A stretch of 56,314 bases of DNA, the filler included, from Sphacelaria rigidula (Eukaryota), in the NCBI GenBank assembly GCA_964200075.2. It is 6 parts of 6 records of this genome, joined end to end, with 100 filler letters (N's around TTAATTAATTAA, not from the genome) between each part and the next. Parts side by side here need not be neighbours in the genome. Positions count along the whole stretch, not along the records: positions 1 to 9,303 come from CAXNAA020008801.1; positions 9,404 to 18,706 come from CAXNAA020008802.1; 4 more parts are not named here. One strand, 5' to 3'. A program made the position numbers and the translations under genes. The notes under the pieces are model-generated. The model was not told the origin of the DNA, did not search any database, and worked only from the letters and a program-made list of their open reading frames with translations. Below, in pieces: positions 1-11,490 of the stretch. Each line of letters opens with the position of its first letter. The first letter of the stretch is position 1.

Positions 1-1
1 G

Positions 2-1510
2 GCGGATGAACTCAACGTCTGTGAGCAGTTGATCCTTGTCGTCGCGGATATATTGCTGCTGTGAGCTACATGGTTTTCTCCCTTCGACAGCGATTCCCCT
101 CAGGTGCCGGTAGAAACCGCGTTGGTCACCTCTCGCGATGTGCGCTTCAAGTCGGCTGACGTACGTCTCGGAAAATCTCTCCACCGCATGTGCTCTAACA
201 CGACGAAGTTCCTTGTTGGCCTTCTTCAAAACTCTCTTGAGGTTGGTGTCAGTGGGCGTTGACATCGATGCCCTCCGTGCTTCTTCCCTCGCCATCCCTG
301 GAGCGTGGATCTTTGCCTTGGTCTCGGCACTCGCGCACCAGCCGTGGGAGCCTCGTTGGTTTCTCTCGTGGGGCGTGGTGTCTACTGCGGCAAATATCAG
401 CATCTTGGCGAGGCCTGCAGCCATGTCAGCGGCGGTAGCATCTATGGGCAAGGGGTCGAAAGGGAAGGCCGTTTGCAACGTCATTGCTCTCAACGTCGGG
501 TCAGCCATCAGCCTTTCAAGGTCGGCCGTTCTGCATCTGGATGCATATTTCCGTAACTTGTTATTGGGCGCAAAGCGACCACGGAGCCGGACCTTTGCAG
601 ATACGAGGTTATGGTCAGACTCGCGTTTGCCGGGTGGTGGGCGACGGACGGAAATGTTGCGTACGAGTTTTCGGTCCGTCTGTCCTGTGAGGATGTAGTC
701 AAGGCGATAGCGTCCCTTCCCGGCGTTGGGGCTTTGGAAAGTGTACGGTATGCCCCGCTTGGGTATTCTGCAGAACGTATTTAGCACAGCAAGGCGTTGT
801 TCCTCTGCAAAGGCCAGTAGCCTTCCACCGTTATTGTTCAGTACATCCCACCCGTATTCGCCAAGTACCTTGCTCTCATTCTCTCCGCCCCCCTCCCCTC
901 GTTTTCCAGTGCGGGCTTTAGCATCCATCATGACGAATAGATGTTCCTTGCCAGGTACTTGTGAGACGGTATCGGATACGTCATCCCAAAAGTTGTTCTT
1001 GTCGCGTAGCGGAGCGGTCTCCGTCGGGGCATATCCAACTACAAATGATACTGCGTTGGATTTGCCGTGTAGTTCAAGTGTCACCTTCATAAGTCGAGCA
1101 CTGAGGTACTCGACTGTGGCACCTTTCCCTCCCATCTCCTCCAGGATTGACTCCTTGGTAGCGATCCCTACCCCATGTTGTCCTGCCCTTCCCTTAGCCC
1201 CGCTTGTATCACCAGAACAAAATACCGTAAATCCCGCCGCACTGAACACCGATTGACCATCTCTCCTGGTTTCGTGTAACCCTACGATATCGCATCCCAG
1301 ATACTGACAAGGTTTCAGGACAATCTCACCGTGGCCAACGCCGTTCACACCTTTGAAAGCAAGCGTGCGATCATTGTAGGTGCCGACAGTAAGCTCGCCG
1401 ATCCTGGCCCTCGCCCTCGCAGTCTTTTTCCTCTTGTCGGCAGCACTCCGACCTGCTCGTCTCCTACGCCTCTTTTTCCTTGCGGCGTGTTTTTCTTCTT
1501 CTCCGTCCCT
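2..1510 (-). mobile_element. RTE-like non-LTR retrotransposon ORF, APE endonuclease domain plus linker (runs off the left edge)
   Basis: Manual minus-strand translation gives ELTVGTYNDRTL...CDIVGLHETRR...QHGVGI...LSARLM...VVGYAPT...FVMMDAKARTG...LNNNGGRLL...LNTF...RLDYIL...ESDHNLV, the ordered APE endonuclease motifs of RTE-type LINEs. No stop seen to the edge. The catalytic DxN reads DAK, so this copy is probably degenerate. Confidence 0.9.
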
Positions 1511-1812
1511 TTACATACAAGTATATATTTCTGTTCCAAAATGGACACTGCTCCGTGCGTGCTTGTTATCAGACATGATTTCGGGGGCAGCAGTCCCGAC
1601 ATGCCTCGACCGGTTCCACCACTGCATCGTTTCTTGTGCTTACACACGTGTAAATACCTAGCAACTCTACTCTCCTTGCCACGTTTCCCACGCTTTCGGC
1701 GACGGTTACCTGGTGTCGCTGCCGCGGGCTGTGTAGCCGCGGCAAACTTTGCCGTTGAGAAAAACTCCGTCGGGAAAAATTCCACCGCACCAGGATTTAG
1801 TGCCGTCATCAT
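1345..1812 (-). CDS. Short basic ORF at the 5' end of the RTE-like element, with an N-terminal PAM2-like motif
   Basis: Starts MMTALNPGAVEFFP (PAM2 consensus LNxxAxEFxP), followed by RRRKRGKRGK. Overlaps the endonuclease ORF in a different frame. Confidence 0.45.
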   Translation of the reverse strand: MMTALNPGAVEFFPTEFFSTAKFAAATQPAAATPGNRRRKRGKRGKESRVARYLHVCKHKKRCSGGTGRGMSGLLPPKSCLITSTHGAVSILEQKYILVCKGTEKKKNTPQGKRGVGDEQVGVLPTRGKRLRGRGPGSASLLSAPTMIARLLSKV

Positions 1813-2649
1813 CGTCGAGCGTAAGCAGCAGGTAGGGCAGCAAGACGGTTGCTACGCTATTACTGCTGTTGCTGTTGTTACTACTGCTGTCGACGACGAT
1901 GTCTTTTCTACACCTCAGGTGTGTGCGTGCAGGTTCGCAGTTCACACACCCGCCCCAGGCAGGGCAGCCCGGGGAGGGAAGAAAGATGACCTTGTAGTAC
2001 TTCAGCCCTGCGAGTCATCGAAGACAAATGTTGAGTCGTAGGGCTTGGATCAGACTCGTCCTCGTTTCCCCGAATGGAACGTCGGATGCGAGTCGCCACG
2101 AGGATTGTCTCGTGAGATGTGTAGTAAGTTATGCGACGGAGAACCGTCTACATAGCGCCGATCTTGAAGCATCAGTCGACACTATGTGATCTTGAATTGC
2201 GAAACTCAACCGCCAGGCTGCATTTCCCGCTTGTGGCGTGAATTTGACCTCTGAGTACGCAGGAAGAACTTGATAAGCGACTCGAAGAAGACCACCGCGA
2301 AAATCCGTTCCCCACGAGTAGCGAGAGGGGTGCGCTGGAAGCTTCGAGAGCGGCGCAACAAGCCCTTGCTGCAGGCATGCGGGGTCTCATCATCGACGTT
2401 GAGGTAGGCCTATATGCACCACATTACTGTCCTGCACTAGTGCTGCACTAACGCAGGACTAACGGGCGTATTTCGCAAAAAGTGAGTACAGCATTTGAAA
2501 AGGGAATTTTCTGAGGCTAATGGGTATCGATATGATCAGAGGTCATGAGTTGCTGACTGTTGTTCCACGTCGGTATCGCACTAGATGCACCGCATCGACT
2601 GCCGCCCGCTTGTCTCGAATATATGTTTTATGCGTTCAAACTGTTGCAG

Positions 2650-3410
2650 GTGATGCAAATGGATGACCAGCATCCCGAGTACGATCCCGATCTTTTTATT
2701 CATTTCGTCGGGGAGGTGTCCAAGAACTTGGCGACGATGGCCGGGCGGACCAAAGTCATGTACAAAGGAAATACCATGGCGGCTAAGGCTATGATGGCAT
2801 TACAGGTGTGTGCAGCTAGAACATCAAATCCTGCCCGTTTAGAAATTGAATACCTGGCTCCAGTTTCGCGCAGTTCGCTATCGTTTTCGAGTCAAGTAGG
2901 AGCATGCCCACTGTAAATGCCTCAGCAATTAGAGCAAATGCAGGCAAACTCTGATCCATTGGCCCGTTGGGAACTTGAACGTCTGTTGACCGCGTATTGC
3001 CCCTGCCATCTAAGGGAGTGAATCTCTTTCGGGCTTCGAACCTGCGCGAGGCTTTTGCTTGACGAGTTCAGGGCTTCTTGCAACTCGGCAGTGACACACG
3101 TCATCCATTCCATCTCAGCATTGGTTGTAGAGGCAATTAACCCTACGAAGTTCGTCTTTTTACGTCAGTTGTGACCGCTTGCAGGTAGAGATGGCGGGGG
3201 GTGGATCATGCTTGGTAGGCGATCGCTGAGAAGACAAAATATAAGGACCAGACGGACCTTTTTTGCCTTTACCGTCACTCTCAGAAAGACAACGAAGAGG
3301 ACGTGAGGAGGGGCTTTGATCCGCGGGATGATATAGAGTTCTGCTCCTTTTTGGCACCCACGTTCAGCCGCGATGAGATTATGAACGGAGGCATCGATGC
3401 CGACAGGTGT
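2650..3410 (+). pseudogene. Degraded exon-like segments of an unidentified gene
   Basis: 2650-2805 is a clean AG|52 codons|GT segment (VMQMDDQHPEYDPDLF...MMALQ). Further CAG-preceded segments near 2944 and 3185 read protein-like but contain stops. Confidence 0.3.
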
Positions 3411-3771
3411 GGCCACTCTTGTTACTCGCCCGATCCGGAGATTTCATGTGCGGTAATATTTGTCGAACGTAGCGGGATAATATGCTATTTGTATTTGGTG
3501 AGAGGGCGCAGTGATGAGATTGAGTCTGGGCTTGTTTCACTGGACATCAGCGCCACGTCTGTTTTGTGAGCCGTTTTTTGACGTTGATGCCTCGACGCTG
3601 ACAACTGTATACACTCTCGTCGAATCATGACGCGTACGAATCGTTCTGTACGAATCATGGTTGGCAAACATGCACTTTATTCATGATGCTCGAATCAAGG
3701 GCGGGGAGTGGGGATATGGTATGTTAGAACTATGCTGCACGAATCTCAAGTGGGAATTGTGAATCTCTTTT

Positions 3772-4330
3772 GTCGTACAAAACACAATTATACTAGAAAA
3801 TATGTTGGAAATAATCATGTACGATGATCATGAGTGAGGAAAATGTGCGAAGAAGTCGTACTGTACGAGTGACGGGCGGGAAAAATGTTGGAGAGAGTCA
3901 TACTACACGAGCCACCAGTGGGTTGAATGTGTGAGAGAGTCGTACAGTACAAATCACGGGTAGAGAAGGTGGGGGAGAGAGCCATACCGTATGAACCACA
4001 AGTAAGAAGAATGTGCGAAAAAGTCGTATCGTACAAATCAGGAGTGAGAACGATGTTTGGAAAAGTCAAACCGTACAGTCAAGGGCAGGGAAAGTATTGA
4101 AATGATTCATTTTGTATGATTCACATGTGGGGAAAATATGTCAAGAGTCGCACCATCCGAATCAAGGGTTGAGAAAATGTTGAAGTAAGCCATACCGTAC
4201 GAATCAAGGACGGAGAGAACGTTGGAGAGAGCCGCATCGTACAAATCAGTAGTGGAAACATATATGAATTATCACGTATAGATCATGAATCCAAAAATTG
4301 TACGAGTCGCAGGTGTTGTTTGAATCACAC
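3772..4330. repeat. Diverged 42-bp tandem repeat (about 12-13 units)
   Basis: Consecutive units such as gtcgtactgtacgagtgacgggcgggaaaaatgttggagaga and gtcatactacacgagccaccagtgggttgaatgtgtgagaga are each 42 nt. Confidence 0.75.
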
Positions 4331-7300
4331 GAGTAATCCGTGTAAACGATCAGTATGGACGAATCGTGGTTCGATAAGTCCAATGCATGCAATGTTATAC
4401 GTACACAGCCTCGGCCAGCGCGACTTGTTTTTTCGTCAAAGCGCCGCACTTCCCACTGTTGAAGGTGATAATATTACTCGCGCGTGTTTGTTTGTCTGTG
4501 CTGCCGTGATACATGATGACATTGTGACAGAGGATTGGAAAAGTTCTCTCGCATCGCCGCGGCTCAATTCGGCGAAGATGATAGGCTGCTGGTGGTGGCA
4601 GGACCTAGAACCCCGACAGATGTTAAGGTTCTCGTCAAGGTATAATTTTCATTGCGCTTACTCTCGCAGTGCATCCAGTACGTCTCCACACTGAAGTCCG
4701 CGCGAGCTGAACACGCGGACTTCAAGCCGGGCATGTCAACATGATACATAACTCACCAAACGATGATAAGCGAGGTCATCGGCTACACAAACAATTGCGT
4801 GTGACAATGTGACTGTGTGTTCAGGTAATAGGGGCTGCTAAAGGGCGACCAATTGTGGTGATCAACCCCAAAGTGAGCCACAAACCGAGGGAAATGGCTC
4901 GCTACGAAACGGTGTACCAGCTGAGGCAATTCAAGGTTATCCCCATCAAAGTAGACCCCAGGGTGAGTCGCACGCAGCGGCCAGCTTTTGCGTTGGCCGC
5001 TTGCACGGGCTGAGGCAAGCAGCATGGCAGCGCGGAATCAAGGTTTTTGAGTGTTGGACGCAAAAGGTGGTTCATAAATCTTGGCAGAGCGACAGTTCCA
5101 CAGCACGTAACGCTAAACCCTTGGAGTGATGCCGAATCAAACTGATCATTAGTTCGTGCTTGCTTTTGTGTTGCGGGATTCCCGGGCCTTGACGGTTCAC
5201 AGCGGCTATTATAACCGTCCAGGAAGAGTCAGTAGCACTATTCTGAGGAACGTGAAAGTTTGAGGTGAGCATGAAACCCCTGAACGGCACTCGACGAAGG
5301 CCGTGACAATGGCATTGTTCATTCATGATTGCCCTGCTCCCCCTCAGGTCATATGGGTCGCTCAAATGCGTGATTTGCATTGCCCTGGCTTCGGCGGTCC
5401 AGACGATACGTCTCTCTCCGTATCCTATTGCTCGTGCTAAATTCTTGTGCTTCCCTTACGCTAGTGTCGTGGTGACATGTCCCTACCGCACCCGTAACAC
5501 TGCCCCTGGCGCTTTTGTTGGGAATCAATCCACAGGAAAGCGCCGCGCGAAGCCCCTTCGCTATATCCGCGGAACAACGGAAGCAGACATATGTCACGTG
5601 CGAGTTGGGGGCGGTGGTGCCGAGGGTTCTCATGGCCAGATCATATCCGGACGGTTTTAAGGTACAGTATTGTCAGCTACACACTTCACACTGGGGTATG
5701 GTACTGCCTCGTAGTCCATGGCACGCTGTGAACCCCTGCAATGTCAACACGTTTCCGTCGATAAACTCTTACGGTTAGGAAAATGGAGCGGGCGGGGGGT
5801 TCGTGTACATGCTGTGCCTCATTTCGATTGGCGCAGTGGTCTTAACAAGCTGCCAAATCGAGCCGTCGAGCACGTGACGTCGCTGAGATGTTCACGCCCG
5901 CTGTCCCCTGCGTGAAGCTTCCGAGTTCACCGTGTTGACCTTTTCTTTCTGCCCTTGATTTGCTCTTGTATGGTCTAAATCCCGTATGAATGATCAGCTG
6001 TATATCGATTTGGATGGCCTTGGCTTCAAGCTCATGGAGACCTATGATAGGCTACCTATGATCCCGATCGTCTGCCTGAAAGCGCAAATGATGGTTGGAC
6101 AGTATCAGAGAGAGCAAACGCAGCGGCGTGTGAGTGAGGAGCACAGGCGGTGGTCGAACGACGCGCCTACTGAGGACGAAGAAGCCGATGATGATGAGGA
6201 TGGAAGACATGTAAATAACCCGAGTCTGCGGGATTGAGTATTGTGACTCGGCTTGCGTTGATTTCAGTTGGATATGGACGGCTTGGTGCTGGTGCGTGTG
6301 TCCGTTCTGTCGAGTTTGATTAGCTCCATATGCTGGAAGTCCAGACCTGCACGATGCGATAGAGCAATCGTCGCGATAATAGTTAGTCACCTGGACACCA
6401 GGGAAACCACGTCGAACCCATCGAAGGTAACCATAAACGGTAGGTGCGTGCGGCAGGGTTAGTTGCATCGTCGCGTCGCGAGTGAAAAAAATTCCGAAGC
6501 AGAATGAAAAAGTAACAGAGCAGTACTCATCAACGGGTTATCCGCGTGTGCTTCATGGAGTCGGGCTTTAACGTCACCGTACGCACCTTCACTATAGGTG
6601 CGCATATGTTATTTTACGCATGTCTTTTGAGATCATCGTTTTTCTGCCGGAGTTGACTGGCGAATGTACAAAAATCACTGGAGAAACGTGTAGCGACTGC
6701 AAAGCAATGGGTTGCAGAGCTTGGTTGCTACATGACCCTGCGTTGTTGATACTCCGTAGTATAAGTGATCCTCTCTATGCGAGTAGAATGTTGGTCGTAC
6801 TGCTCAAGACTTCACGATATTGATGGTATGCTATCGTGGTGATGCCGTGAAGATTTTGATTGACACAACAAGGAGTCTCAGGTGACACTATGAAGACGTG
6901 CCAGGTACCTTCGCGAGGACCGCAAGAAACGGTGAAGAGGATATTGCGGAGTTTGAGCGCCCACAGGAAGTGGGAGGGCCGGCCAATCGGGCGATCGTTG
7001 CTTGAAACACCAAGGGTGTTTCGACACTCCACCCAGCAACTCCCCCGCCATCGCTCGCTCGAAGAAGCACATGTTGTGCTCATTTGTTTTCGAAGGTGTA
7101 CAGCACACCCTTTTGATGACTCCTCGCGGGCCATGATCATGTTTCTTCAAAAGTGAGATTTGGGTGTTTTGGCCGAAGTTCTTGTGCTAGGATTGTCGAA
7201 TTGTGATCTATAAGCACACGAGAGATTACCACAAGATCGTTTCCTCCCTTCCCCCTCAACATACCCCTGTATCAGCTGGTTCTCTCTGAGATATTCTATG

Positions 7301-8726
7301 TACATGGAATAACCAGACCTTCCACCGTCTACAGTAGTCTACAGCTGGAATAGGGAATTTTCGTAATTTTTTTGTAGTATGCGATTTTCAACAGTGTTTT
7401 CGCGTGCCACCACTGATCCCAGTGAACGTTTGATCCCGAGGTTTGGGGATCGGGAGACACTAGGCATCCACCCCACGATCTGAAGCAGAATATTCTTTGC
7501 ACTCAATATTGAACGACATACGGTCTGGCCCGTTTTAGGTGGTCCTGCGACTACCCAGCCCCAGGTTCTGACCCTTGAGTATTTTACTCGATTGAAGCAA
7601 TCCCGTTTATTCTCGTGGACAAATAAAAAATGATGGTTTCCTTTTATCTCTACCTTTACATTCGCTAGACCTGAAAAACTGTCTTTTCTGGACCATTGAC
7701 GATCGATAACACCTCCTGATGAACGAGGTACTTGCCCTATCACCCCGACAGCACCTATTGAGGATTGTGCCCTGAGCACGACCTGCTTCTCCTCTCAATA
7801 TCTACCTACGCTAGGACCTTCGAGTGCTGAAGGAGATTATACTTTACGAGAAAAATTAAAAAAATGCTCGACTACAAAAATTGCACAGCCGAGCTCTGCA
7901 TAACAGGGGGGGGGGAGCCAATCCTGATCGCTCTCGTGAATAATTTAAAAGACTCTTACGAATTATTTGTACCTACTTATAGCGCTTGAGGCGCAAAGAA
8001 ACGTGTTTTGGACCCGAAATGGTCAATAATAGCCTCTAACAGCGGATCCTGAAAAATAAGGTTCATCTAAGAAATAGGGTTGAAGTGGCATTTCTTTCTC
8101 GTAGGTGGAAAACACGAAACCGTAACAAAGAGCGAAAGTATCTTCCTCCCCCAAACTCCACAGCAGTTAAGCGGTTCTGGCTAGGTGCACCCAACGAATG
8201 CGGTGTACACGCGTGTCGATGACGATATCACCAGAGAGAGAAGCAATGACAGAGAGGAAGCTCCTCGCCCGTGTCCTCGCTCGGCGATTATCAATACCGC
8301 TCGAGAGACTGGCATCATTGATGTTACCAGCATGTACCCAATTTTCCATGTTGTGCCAGAACACCGAGCTACGGAGAGTTAAACATCCGAAGATACCATC
8401 GAACAGCAATACTAAACTTTTCTGGGATTGGCATCAGGCAGTCCTTGAAGAACGGAACAGAAATCGACCAGGTACCGTTCGTATCAGAAATCAATGCGCA
8501 TGAAACGCTTTGCAGGTTGGAAAACACGGCTTTTGATTGAAATAAACTCTCCGGGCCCTCATTTGTGTTGTACGCGCCCGTAAAAAGTATTTCCTCGTTC
8601 ATCCATACCTGGCTGGGGGACAGGGAAGCCGTCCTCCCTCAGGTTTTGAGAGTCGTCTGAGTTGTGTGGATGCAGTTCATAAAAATCAAACTCTCTAGCT
8701 TTCACAGGTGTTGCGACTTCCGTGCA

Positions 8727-9166
8727 TGTTGTTACCGTGACCACCTCTGAGCAGACAGGAGTACGTGCGGTAGAGCAACGAAATATAGCTATGATCCGGT
8801 TTGCCTACCGTACTGCCGACAACGTCGCGTGAAAGCCACAAGACCCTTGCTGTCGGCGGTTGATGGCGTGGATCTCGAATGCAACGACATGCGGTTGATC
8901 GTAGAGGACTCTCGTCTATCCTCCCAACTTGTGATAATGCATGACCTCCTGACATCGGAATAATGATTAATCATGGGAAGCTACTCGTACTGTTGTAACT
9001 ATTATTTAGGTGTTTACGCGGCCAGCGTGTGCTGCAGATTGCGGCATGGGCGGACTCCTATGCGCCACGCTAGCAACAGTTAGGTCACCACCACAGGTCT
9101 GTTTTTTCACTCCGCATGTCAAGAAGGTTTCTACAAGTGTTTGATCTCTCATACACCCCCCTTCAA
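8727..9166 (-). mobile_element. Probable Ty1/Copia-like polypurine tract plus 3' LTR (about 429 bp)
   Basis: The minus strand reads TTGAAGGGGGG (9166-9156) immediately followed by TGTATG..., and ends ...GGTAACAACA at 8727. This gives TG...CA termini after a Copia-style PPT. No second LTR is present in the contig. Confidence 0.5.
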
Positions 9167-9303
9167 CTGGCGTGTGGCACGCTCTTCTGCTCGGGCACCC
9201 GGTTAGGGGGAGGTCGGTGAAAATCAACGATGAGTAACACCCCCTAAGTTCAAATTGGATCTATCTGTTATTGCCGTAGCACCGTCCTTGCTGGCATGTG
9301 TGT

Positions 9304-9403
9304 NNNNNNNNNNNNNNNNNNNNNNNNNNNNNNNNNNNNNNNNNNNNTTAATTAATTAANNNNNNNNNNNNNNNNNNNNNNNNNNNNNNNNNNNNNNNNN
9401 NNN
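9304..9403. other. Artificial contig linker (N44-TTAATTAATTAA-N44); same at 18707-18806, 28110-28209, 37512-37611, 46914-47013
   Basis: Identical 100-nt spacer with stops in all frames, separating contigs of decreasing near-equal length. Confidence 0.97.
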
Positions 9404-9416
9404 TCGCGACGTCGTC

Positions 9417-9490
9417 GGAATCCGAGGTCAATGGTCCTATGACTACGGCCTTCAAGTCATGAGTCCCCTCCCCCCCCCCCCCCCCTCCCC
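9417..9490 (+). mobile_element. Poly(C)-tailed LINE 3' stub, subfamily A (diverged)
   Basis: ggaatccgaggtcaatggtcctatgactacggcc...tcatgagt followed by a C-run. Confidence 0.65.
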
Positions 9491-10216
9491 ATCCCCGTGG
9501 ATGATCTCGCCATCCTCGTTTGCTCTTTTATGCCTTGTCGCCCTCAGGCTGGCAACGGCGTGTGCTTCCACGTGATGACGAGCCGTGAAACAAATTAGAG
9601 GAAAACGTTGCCGTGGCCGAAACTGACTTTATAGCAGACCTCTGACCCCACCATTACTTTTTTTTTTTTGTCTTTACCATTTCATGTCTCGCGATCACCT
9701 GACTTCCTTGAGCCCGTTGTTATCTGTGTTCCGTTTGCGCCGACAAGGAGTACCTCCTCGCCGCGGACGTGCGGTTCAGCACCTTGCAGCTGGCTCTGGA
9801 CGAAGATTGCATCGTGAAATTCACGCCCTTCTTCAGGTATAATCGAGGAAGTTCTAGAGCAGACGTATCTCAGGGTGCGTCGTCGCACGTTTCGATCTCT
9901 TGTGAGGGCAAGCGGCTGCCACCGCTCATTGAGTTTATTTGTCTCTGTCTTCTAAGCTCGCTCCATCCCGCTATTCCGCCGCACGTCCTTTTGGTACCTG
10001 CTTCAGCTGAACTCCTCTGCTATCAGCAGCCATCTCACCGATCGTCGGATTTATCCCGCCAGCTTCCAGCTGCGTGCGTATGGCTTTTGAAACGCCTCTC
10101 CAGGTTATATTGTCCCTTCTTGTTTTTTTTTCTTCTGTTTTTCGTCATGCTTTTATTATACCAATTACTTTTCTTTCTGGGTACGAATCCGCGGTGTCAT
10201 TGCTTTAACCCACCTA

Positions 10217-10326
10217 CCTGGTCCGGCGAAAACCCGGCGTGCTCCGTCCCGGCTTTGTAGGGATGCGAGGTCAATGGTCTGATGACTATGGCAGGCATGA
10301 TCATGAGTATGAGTACCTCTCCTCCC
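10217..10326 (+). mobile_element. Poly(C)-tailed LINE 3' stub, subfamily A
   Basis: ctggtccggcgaaaacccggcgtgctccgtcccggctttgtagggatgcgaggtcaatggtctgatgactatggcaggcatgatcatgagta plus a C-rich tail. Matches the copies at 18516, 37433 and 53934. Confidence 0.8.
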
Positions 10327-10644
10327 GCACACATGCCTGACGGTTTGGGAAGGCGGAGTGGACCAGTAACCCTCGCAACGCGTCGACGTTTGTCAAATTT
10401 TCTTTGCGTCTTGCTTCCTGATACTTTCAGCGAGATAGGAATCAGATGAATCACGAGCAAAGCAAAAAAAGTAAAGTATGGTACTCGTTGGGGATCGAAG
10501 GTTCACCCCTTCTTCTGGCCGGTTTTACGGTATATCAGTCGGATCACCGGGTGGCGGCGGCATAACTGTTGACGTCGTATCATCATTTTTGCTGACAATA
10601 CGTGGAAACTTGGGAGCAAACTTACGGGACAGGAATGCGGCAAG

Positions 10645-10685
<41 letters not shown>

Positions 10686-11385
10686 TACCCTCTACACCTT
10701 ATAGTTGAGTTGGTTTCGCCCTTTCTTTCTTTTTGTGTGCTCGCCGGGACGACNNNNNNNNNNGGAGACTTGGGGCGCCACCTCCGGGACCGATTTTCGG
10801 GGCGCCCCCCCCCCCCCCCCCTCCTCTCCACACTTCCTTCTCAAATCTTCATGCATGTTGAGGGGTTCAGTTGCCCGCGTTTCTTGCAGATGCGGGTCGG
10901 CAAGCACCATAAGTGGGTACATTTGCGGTGTGGCGGATGTGCTTATTCTCCTGTCGATTACTGACCAACGATTTTGCGTCTTTTCCTTCTTCGTTTTGGG
11001 TACGCCATGTTGTTAGGGCAATGGCAAGAAAGGACAAACAGTGGCATCAACGTTTGCGGCGACTGCCGCGTGGTGCAGAGGGTGCAGGTGGTACGTCCGG
11101 CGAAGATGAGGATACGATGTCTGTCGCCTGTTCCGTCGCGGAGAGTCTGTTCGAGCACGCGATCCGCGTTACTGGGATGGTAAGTTTGTGTCTCAGTAGG
11201 ACGAAAATGAGCTTCTGAAAGTAATTTCCAGCTGAAGAATGGTGAATGGTCTCCGCGATACCCCCCCCCCCCCCCCCCGCACACCCTCACCCCCCCCNNN
11301 NNNNNNNGTGTTTTTTGTCCTAAGGGGGGAAAAAAGAACCTCTTAGAATTTTTCCCCCATTAAAAAAGGTGAAGGTTCCTCCCCC

Positions 11386-11416
<31 letters not shown>

Positions 11417-11428
11417 TGAGTCGAATCG

Positions 11429-11490
11429 TCTCGAAAGGGATGCGTGGTCAATGGTCAAATGACTAAGGCAAGCAACAAATGAGTACGCCT
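11429..11490 (+). mobile_element. Poly(C)-tailed LINE 3' stub, subfamily B, with 16-bp TSD
   Basis: tctcgaaagggatgcgtggtcaatggtcaaatgactaaggcaagcaacaaatgagtacgcct is flanked by cccctgagtcgaatcg at 11413-11428 and 11491-11506. Confidence 0.9.

Noticed and set aside
138-2041. Plus-strand ORFs of 186, 176 and 236 aa
   Set aside because: Antisense shadows of the LINE coding region.
4692-4724. 11-bp stem hairpin as a Helitron 3' end
   Set aside because: No CTRR|T terminus at the expected position on either strand and no other Helitron evidence.
10604-10822. Duplicated about 45-bp segment before two C-runs
   Set aside because: It straddles a 10-N gap next to homopolymers; likely low-quality overlapping contig ends.
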